A DNA stretch of 31,838 nucleotides. Source: Candidatus Undinarchaeales archaeon. GTDB taxonomy: Archaea > SpSt-1190 > JASMDC01. Position numbers and translations under genes: made by a program. The notes under the pieces were generated by a model. The model had not been told where the DNA came from, did not search any database, and worked only from the letters and a program-made list of their open reading frames with translations. The stretch spans positions 1 to 31,838 of the forward strand of contig JASMDC010000041.1 of assembly GCA_030753015.1 (NCBI GenBank), in the 5' to 3' direction. Positions within the stretch are counted from its first letter, which is position 1. Each line of letters opens with the position of its first letter. Of the stretch, positions 25,293 to 31,838 are shown piece by piece.

Positions 25293-28200
25293 CTATATTG
25301 CTCCCATGATGCACTCGCAGTCGCACTGGTCGCGGGTGACCGTGCACCTCGTCCGGTCCACACGCAGCTCGCAGGTGGTAAGGCATTCGTCGCACCTGAT
25401 GCTGGCCTGGCATCCCTCGTGGATTATCGTTGTGAAGATCGTGTTCCGCACCAGTCCCTCGGTCGTGTCCTGGGTCACGGTCAGCTCGGCGAACGGGAAG
25501 AGCGCGGCGGGTACGATCTGGTCGAGCCAGGTCCTCCCGTCAATGTCCGTGGCCTGGACCCAGATGCGGAAGGACGCGCCCGGCTTGGGCCACACGAAAC
25601 CTGACTCTACCTCGATGGACGAGCCTGCGCCCTCCAGGCCACGGTCGACGCCCAGCGCCACGACCGACTCGGGGACCGCCATGCCGTCGGTTCCAACGAC
25701 CTTCACGACCACGGTCCCCTCGAACCCCTGCGCGGCCAGGTTGGTCAGCTCGATCTTCGCCCGGACCGAGTCGCTCCCGGATAGCCGGTTCACGGCGAAT
25801 CCATCGTTGTCGACGAATGCCGCGTCGGCCACGTCGAGCATGGGTCGCTTCACTTCCAGGTAGGCGTCAGGGTAGGAGAGCTTCACGCGCTCGTGCAGCC
25901 CCTCGCACCACGTGGTGAGGTCGCGTCCCTCGCACAGACCGGGTGGTCTGCCCTGTTCGTCTAGCGTGCCCTCGGCCAGGACCGCGCCGGATGCATCCGT
26001 CACCTTGTACCCGAGCCGGATGACGAAGTCCACGTGGGCGGTATCGACCTCGAGCTCGCCCGTGGTGAACGTCTCCATCCTCGTCGGCCAGGTAATGGTG
26101 TGGGCCCAATCGGTGCCCTCGATGGGTTCCCCGTCCCACCCGACCATGAACAGGTCGAGCGTCACGGGCACCTGGTCGGTGGAGAACACAACGAACCCAA
26201 CCGCGTCCTCACCGGGGTAGGCGGCGGTAGCGCGCTCACGGTCGTTGACCAGGAACGACGCGTCGTTCACCGCAAGCTTCTCGGCCTCACTGATACCATA
26301 GAAACTGCCCAGGGGCTTGCCTATGACCTGGTCGTAGGTATCGCTGACGATGGCGACTGGCTGGACGGTTGTGCCAGCAAGCTCGCTCTGCAGGGTGACC
26401 GGGTCGGTGAGGTACCGCGCCTTCTCGCCGGGGGCGAGCATGATGTTGTCGAGCGAGAACACCTGGCGTTCATCCTCCTCGCAGTCGCAGCTGCACATGT
26501 AGTCGTCCGGACAGGGCTCGCACTCGCAGGCGTCGAGCACCCGCAGTGAGACGTCCATGTCGCCCGCGAACCCGGCGCTGCCGCGGTTCTCCACCTCCAC
26601 CCGCATGCGCGGGCTCTCGCCGGTGAAGAACGACTCGGCCTCCTGGCCGCCGCGGAGCAGGGCGAAGGTCACGTGGACGCGCGGGTGGATGGCCCGGCAC
26701 AGCCTGAAGCACAGCAGGGTGGGCGCGGGCTCGCCATTGTTGAAGTCGATGCAGTCCTCCTCGCACCACCGGAGGCTCTCGGGCATCAGTTCGGTGATCA
26801 CACCCGGACAGCGCTCGATGCACGCAAGTCGCTCGTCGCGTCCTGCGAAGTCCATGATGCAGCGCTCCTCGCAGGATATGTCCATCGTCTCGCACAGCTC
26901 CCTGCAGTTGCGCGCCAGGGACGGGTTCTCAGGGTACTCGTTCTGGCACTCGGAGAGGCAGCTCTCCACGATGCACGGTGGCCATCCCTTTGGCACGTCG
27001 CATGGTGTCGAGTACTGCTTGCACTCCTGGGTCACCGGATTGAGGGCGAACGTGACCACCTGGGGGCAGCCACCGCAGATGGTGCCACCCAGCACGCAGT
27101 GGCCACCGCAGCACACTCCGTCCTGGTCATCGGACTCGCACGCTCCACCCTCGGCCTTCCCCTCGCAGGGAACGGTATCGAGGACACATTGCGTACCGCC
27201 GACGACGCACCCATTGCCGCAGCAGATGCCGCGGTCCTCGTCCTTGGTGCACGCGGCACCGTTGATGAGACCAGCACAACCGTACCCTTCGCAGGCGGTG
27301 AACCCGTACGGGACGTCGCAGGGGGTAGAGAACTCCTTGCACGCATCCGTTACCGGGTCCTTGGCATGGGTGATCGCCTGCACGCACTCGCCGCACCGTG
27401 TGCCGCCCACCGCGCACTTCTCGCCGCAGCACACGCCGGGCACGTCCCTGGCATAGCACGGGACGCCGTTGCCCATGCCCTGACAGGTGTCGTCGGGCAC
27501 GCAGTCCTCAGCGTTGAGTGCGCAGGTGAAACCGCAGCATACGCCCAGTTCGCCTTCTTTGGAGCACTCGTACGTCTCGTCCGCTTCGGTGTCGCACCCG
27601 AAGTTCTCGCAGTCGACCCAGCCATCGGGCACATCGCAGGTGTTGGTGAACTTATCGCAGGCACCAGTATCGGGATTCTGAGCGTAGACTGTCATGTCCT
27701 TGCAGGAGCTGCAGTCACTCTCGCCGGTGAGGCACCGGCCTCCGCAGCACACGCCGGACTCGCCGTCGAAGGAGCAGGCGTCCAGGCTCATCAAGCCCAC
27801 ACAGACCTCCACCCGGCCAGCGCACATCAGAGCATGGACCATGCACTGCTCATCGCAGCACAGGCCCTTCATCCCGTCCACCTCGCAACCGGTCTCCTCC
27901 GGCTTGCTAGCGCACTGCTCGTCACGGGCACCGCACTTGTGCCGACAGACGAGGTACTTGAACGAGTGGCGCTCGTACTTGCCCTCGCACAGCTCCTCGC
28001 ACGTGAGACCACACTCCTCCTCGGTGATCTTCTTCTCGAGCTCGAGGCCGGGGCCCTGGCAGCATAGCTCCTCGGTGTCGTCCCCGCACCAGTCGATATC
28101 GAGCGCCTCGTAGCTGGCGCCGCCCTCCACGTACCGGCACCCGCCGGTCCAGTGCTCGCGGAAGTAGGAGTTGGAGAGCTGGACGATCTTGACCACATCG

Positions 28201-31200
28201 CCCGGCTTGGGCGCGTGGATCATCCGGTCGTTGCCCGTGTAGACGCCAACATGCGAGACACCGGGCTTATAGGTGTTCTCGAAGAACACGATGTCACCCG
28301 CCTGCAGATCGCCCCAGTCGACGTACGTCCCGCCGTTGCTCTCGCAGGCGAAGTACTGCTGCGAGGCGGTCCGGGGCACGTTGATGCCGTTCTCTCTGAG
28401 CACGTTCAGGGTGAGCCCCGAGCAGTCAACGCCCGAGCGGCTGGTGCCGCCGAACACGTAGGGCACGCCCAGCCAGCTCCGTGTAGTGTCCACGATGCCT
28501 CCGCCGGCCCAGGAGGAGTCCTCTATACCGAAGATGCGCTGGCAGCACTGCACGAACGGGTCCTTCTCGCTCTCGGGGATATCCTCTCCTGGTGTGATAG
28601 TGCCGTACCATGAGCCACCACCATCGATGGCGAGCGGTACCTCACTGCTATCGCCGTCGTCGACGGCCATCCCGCCACCCTCCTCGGTGTCGTAGTTAAA
28701 GCAGTCGGCGTCGTTGATGAAGAGCTTTTCCGGATCGATTTCCTTCATGAGGTCCAGCAGACGCGTGTCCGTCCACGCATCCGGGTTGGTATCGGTCACG
28801 GTGATGAGCGCCTCGGTCGCGTTGCACCCGCCCCGCTTCTTCTTCTCCGCGCAGATGGGTACAGGACGCCTCTCGGTAACGTTGCAGTCAACGGACCCGT
28901 CGATGGTGAAACCAGTGACATTTTCCACGAGCTGGTCGAGCCCGGTCTCAGTGTCGTTGAGCGGCTCGCACGTCTCCTTGTCGAAACGGGGACGCAGGTG
29001 CGGTGAGCATTTTTGCTCGTACTCCCAGTCCTTTGACGACCGGACGATGAACGAGGTGACGTTCTCGAAGAAGTCGGTGGTGGTGACATCGTTGGTAAGG
29101 TTACCTTTAACGAAGTTGACGAGGTTCTTGAGATCGTTCTGAGTGGCATTGACCTTCTCCATCCCGTCGGTGATGGTCTTCTCGAACTCGGCCAACGTCC
29201 CGGGATCGAGCGCGCTCGAGTTCACGTCCTCTAGGCTATCGGAGTTCTGCCCCATCAGCTCCTTCGACAGAGTGGCCGAGCGCTGCATGTTCTCCACGTA
29301 CGTCTCCATGATGGCGATGAGCGAGTCGAGCTTCTCGAGCACCTCCGTGGGGCCGTGCCCCTTGTCATCGCCGATGAAGAGGCCGGAGCCATCGAGGGTA
29401 CAGACGTCCTTTAGGTCGGCAGCCTCACGCTGGCAGCCCTCGAGCTCGAGCGGTTTGGCGACCGCATTGTAGCCCTTGACCGAACGGATGATGCCCTGTG
29501 CGCCGGACCCGAGGTCCTGGTACTGGTTCTTCTTGCACTCGGCGATGCCGAACGGCTCGGTCGCGAGGGTGGTGTTCATATCCTCGGTCCACTCCTTGAT
29601 GGTAGAGCTCTTCCCCGGGAGCTCCCGCCCCTCACGGTCCAGCTCGACCCATACCATATCGAACTTCTTCACGTTGCAGTTCATGGTGTCGTAATCGTAC
29701 TCAGTGATGACACCCTCATCATTGGTCTCGTAGCCGATCAAGCACGCGCACTCGGCACTGGTGAGGAGGAAATCGTTCCGACATTTCTCTTCCATCTCCA
29801 GGCGCTCGGGCTGTGAGAACACGTCCATGCAACCAGATGTGGTGCTCTTGCACTGCCAGGCACGCACGAATGCCTTCTCCTCAAGGTCTTCGATGTAGGA
29901 CTTCTTACAACAGACATAGGTCTCCTCGCAAAGAACCCCCTGCCCGGGGATGCCCCCTGCCATGCAGGGCGGGAGCGTGAGCTTACCGTTCGCGGCGTTC
30001 CCGCAGGTGGTGCAGTTTTGTCCGTAGCAGCACGGTTCGATCGTGCACATGGGGCACGACATGATCTCGGTGACGTTCCGGGTCCCGTTAACACCAGGAT
30101 CTATGTTGCACGCCCACCCTCTATTGGCGAGGCATCGGTCGGCAACCGCCTTTCCGCATACGCTGGGATCGAAGGAATCGTCAACGATAGCAGACTCGAT
30201 AGTGGCGTTGTTCTTGTCCGTGAGCTCCTTCATCCCGCATCCGTTGGCGTACGCCTCGATGAAGTCGTTGATGTCCGCATGACAAGCGGCCTGTTGGGAC
30301 GCGACCGCGGAGCGGAGCACTTTAACGTAACCGATGAGACGGGTGTAGAAGCCGGAGAGGTCCTCCACGAGCTTGATGTACTCGTCGCCGAAATCGGCCT
30401 TGTTGTCGTAGGAGGTACGCTCCGGGCACTTGAGGGCGCCGAAGTCGAGGGGCTGCAGTACAACGTCCTGGGCCTTGGCCGCGGCGTTCTCAGCAGCATT
30501 GCCCGCTGCATTCTCTGCAGCGCTGGGATCACTTTCACCCGCATTGGCGAACTTCCACTCCTCGGAGACGGGGACGGTGGTCGCCGTCTGATCAGCACCC
30601 TCGGGGGGGGTGTCCGGTGCGGAGTAGCTAATCCGCACATCGGGGATGAATCCCTTCACTGACGGATCGAGGGACTCGATAACGTTTACATGTCCTCCCT
30701 CGCCGTAGATATCACGTCCGAGGCGCGAGGTGTAGAACATCTGCCCGGGTTCCTCATAGGTGAAGGTGAGGCGTCCCGCGTCACTCTCCGACCCGATGGC
30801 GATCTTCTTGCCCTGCCCGTCCCGTAGTCCGTGCTTCTCGATGTAATCGATGCAGGCGGCCCGGTCGTACCCGGGTGACGAGTCCGTCTGTTTATCGGTC
30901 CCGTTCTTCTGCACGACGCAGAACTCCACGTGATATCGGCGGTCGCTCCCTGCAGCAGGCTCACCGGTTACCTGCAGCTTGACATCGGCGAAGAGACAGG
31001 GATTCTCAGCAAGCTGGCCAGAGGTGAGGTCCGTGAACGCTGTCTTATCCCCGTCACCCTTGTACTGGGTGACCTCGGTGCCGTTGTGGACCTTGAGAGA
31101 GTCTTTTGAGAAGAAGCCCTGGTCCCCCTTCATAGACTTCCAGAGGACATCCATACCATTTTCGAAGGTATTGTTGATGAGATCCTGGGGGAGCTTGTTG

Positions 31201-31805
31201 TCCACCCCGCAGGTGGCACGCTTACTGATATCCAGGTCGTCGGTGATGATGGACCAGTTATCATATCCGTCCCCTTTCACCTGCCACTTTCCCTCGTGAT
31301 ACCTGTACCGCCGGTTGCCGCAGAACATGTTCCCATCGGTGTACTCGATCTCCAGGGACGTGCCCCAGAGCTCCTGACCGGTGATATTGAGGGTAGTCAT
31401 GGTCTCTGCGGGTGGTTTTGAGTAGGGTTCGGGTGTGGGCTCGGGCGTGGGTTCGGGCGTGGACGTCGGTGGAGTTTCCTCTGGCTGTTGTGCGACAACT
31501 TCCTCGCACTTCCCGTCCATGCCGCAATTGAGGCCGTCATAACACAGAGAGCCGCAGCACTCCTTGTCTTTCTCGCCGCAGTGCTGCCTGCACACGTCCT
31601 CGGTCATTTGATCGTAGATATCGTCCTTCGTGCTGTCGACGGGGTCGCACTGCTCGTTGACAACGTCCCCCACCGAGTTGACGATCTCGTACTTATCCGT
31701 GTCCTTGTTCAAGCAACAGAACACCTTGTTGTCGGCCGCCATCGCGATGAGCATGACGACGACCGCTAGCGATACTGCGAATCTGAGTCCATTTCCCCTT
31801 TCCAT
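25293..31805 (-). CDS. Giant secreted Cys-rich protein A (2170 aa) with an intact NlpC/P60 domain
   Basis: Signal peptide MERGNGLRFAVSLAVVVMLIAMAA; PEPT linker; shared scaffold motifs; 30-bp gap to gene B. Confidence 0.93.
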   Translation of the reverse strand: MERGNGLRFAVSLAVVVMLIAMAADNKVFCCLNKDTDKYEIVNSVGDVVNEQCDPVDSTKDDIYDQMTEDVCRQHCGEKDKECCGSLCYDGLNCGMDGKCEEVVAQQPEETPPTSTPEPTPEPTPEPYSKPPAETMTTLNITGQELWGTSLEIEYTDGNMFCGNRRYRYHEGKWQVKGDGYDNWSIITDDLDISKRATCGVDNKLPQDLINNTFENGMDVLWKSMKGDQGFFSKDSLKVHNGTEVTQYKGDGDKTAFTDLTSGQLAENPCLFADVKLQVTGEPAAGSDRRYHVEFCVVQKNGTDKQTDSSPGYDRAACIDYIEKHGLRDGQGKKIAIGSESDAGRLTFTYEEPGQMFYTSRLGRDIYGEGGHVNVIESLDPSVKGFIPDVRISYSAPDTPPEGADQTATTVPVSEEWKFANAGESDPSAAENAAGNAAENAAAKAQDVVLQPLDFGALKCPERTSYDNKADFGDEYIKLVEDLSGFYTRLIGYVKVLRSAVASQQAACHADINDFIEAYANGCGMKELTDKNNATIESAIVDDSFDPSVCGKAVADRCLANRGWACNIDPGVNGTRNVTEIMSCPMCTIEPCCYGQNCTTCGNAANGKLTLPPCMAGGIPGQGVLCEETYVCCKKSYIEDLEEKAFVRAWQCKSTTSGCMDVFSQPERLEMEEKCRNDFLLTSAECACLIGYETNDEGVITEYDYDTMNCNVKKFDMVWVELDREGRELPGKSSTIKEWTEDMNTTLATEPFGIAECKKNQYQDLGSGAQGIIRSVKGYNAVAKPLELEGCQREAADLKDVCTLDGSGLFIGDDKGHGPTEVLEKLDSLIAIMETYVENMQRSATLSKELMGQNSDSLEDVNSSALDPGTLAEFEKTITDGMEKVNATQNDLKNLVNFVKGNLTNDVTTTDFFENVTSFIVRSSKDWEYEQKCSPHLRPRFDKETCEPLNDTETGLDQLVENVTGFTIDGSVDCNVTERRPVPICAEKKKRGGCNATEALITVTDTNPDAWTDTRLLDLMKEIDPEKLFINDADCFNYDTEEGGGMAVDDGDSSEVPLAIDGGGSWYGTITPGEDIPESEKDPFVQCCQRIFGIEDSSWAGGGIVDTTRSWLGVPYVFGGTSRSGVDCSGLTLNVLRENGINVPRTASQQYFACESNGGTYVDWGDLQAGDIVFFENTYKPGVSHVGVYTGNDRMIHAPKPGDVVKIVQLSNSYFREHWTGGCRYVEGGASYEALDIDWCGDDTEELCCQGPGLELEKKITEEECGLTCEELCEGKYERHSFKYLVCRHKCGARDEQCASKPEETGCEVDGMKGLCCDEQCMVHALMCAGRVEVCVGLMSLDACSFDGESGVCCGGRCLTGESDCSSCKDMTVYAQNPDTGACDKFTNTCDVPDGWVDCENFGCDTEADETYECSKEGELGVCCGFTCALNAEDCVPDDTCQGMGNGVPCYARDVPGVCCGEKCAVGGTRCGECVQAITHAKDPVTDACKEFSTPCDVPYGFTACEGYGCAGLINGAACTKDEDRGICCGNGCVVGGTQCVLDTVPCEGKAEGGACESDDQDGVCCGGHCVLGGTICGGCPQVVTFALNPVTQECKQYSTPCDVPKGWPPCIVESCLSECQNEYPENPSLARNCRELCETMDISCEERCIMDFAGRDERLACIERCPGVITELMPESLRWCEEDCIDFNNGEPAPTLLCFRLCRAIHPRVHVTFALLRGGQEAESFFTGESPRMRVEVENRGSAGFAGDMDVSLRVLDACECEPCPDDYMCSCDCEEDERQVFSLDNIMLAPGEKARYLTDPVTLQSELAGTTVQPVAIVSDTYDQVIGKPLGSFYGISEAEKLAVNDASFLVNDRERATAAYPGEDAVGFVVFSTDQVPVTLDLFMVGWDGEPIEGTDWAHTITWPTRMETFTTGELEVDTAHVDFVIRLGYKVTDASGAVLAEGTLDEQGRPPGLCEGRDLTTWCEGLHERVKLSYPDAYLEVKRPMLDVADAAFVDNDGFAVNRLSGSDSVRAKIELTNLAAQGFEGTVVVKVVGTDGMAVPESVVALGVDRGLEGAGSSIEVESGFVWPKPGASFRIWVQATDIDGRTWLDQIVPAALFPFAELTVTQDTTEGLVRNTIFTTIIHEGCQASIRCDECLTTCELRVDRTRCTVTRDQCDCECIMGAI
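28131..28500 (-). other. NlpC/P60 (C40) cysteine hydrolase domain in protein A, Cys-His-His triad intact
   Basis: WLGVPYVFGGTSRSGVDCSGL (TGC at 28424-28422, Cys1128), VPRTASQQY, LQAGDIVFF, SHVGVY and MIHAP. Confidence 0.95.
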
Positions 31806-31838
31806 GTGCTTTGTTGCATAACTAACCTTTTCTCGGCT

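Noticed and set aside
14875-31805. Giant genes as eukaryotic contamination or phage tail/tape-measure genes
   Set aside because: They are intronless, translationally coupled, have SD-like motifs and Sec-type signal peptides, and continue into archaeal genes. No phage structural genes are nearby.
1-31838. tRNA or rRNA genes
   Set aside because: No cloverleaf with T-loop/D-loop consensus and no rRNA-like segment was seen in the intergenic gaps by eye.

Overview
A GC-rich window from an archaeon. The evidence is a TBP gene, an aIF5A-like gene, a receiver-DUF835 regulator, a TrmB-like regulator and BRE/TATA promoters; the lineage cannot be fixed from sequence alone. It has three blocks. (1) 1-8300: a membrane protein with three 150-bp repeats that runs off the left edge and is missing from the ORF track, an aIF5A homologue lacking the hypusine lysine, a bacterial-type RsgA, a DUF362 Fe-S protein, a receiver-DUF835 protein and a transglutaminase-like Cys protease. 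(2) About 8320-13933: an integron-like locus read on the minus strand. In order it holds an internally deleted tyrosine recombinase, a PemK/MazF TA pair, a candidate attI, and six cassettes separated by 130-150 bp attC-like sites (Phd-RelE, PKD lipoprotein, AbrB-RelE, TATA-binding protein, hypothetical membrane protein, cupin). The TBP gene inside a cassette is the oddest item here. (3) 14875-31805: an apparent operon of three giant (1498-2170 aa), secreted, very Cys-rich paralogues built on one scaffold with different payloads. Gene A has an intact NlpC/P60 domain; gene B has an intact M23 peptidase plus an NlpC/P60 with catalytic Cys->Gly; gene C has an S-layer-like and Ca-binding module and no hydrolase. 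This suggests an archaeal multi-subunit machine aimed at bacterial peptidoglycan. All family assignments are by-eye motif recognition; no searches were run.
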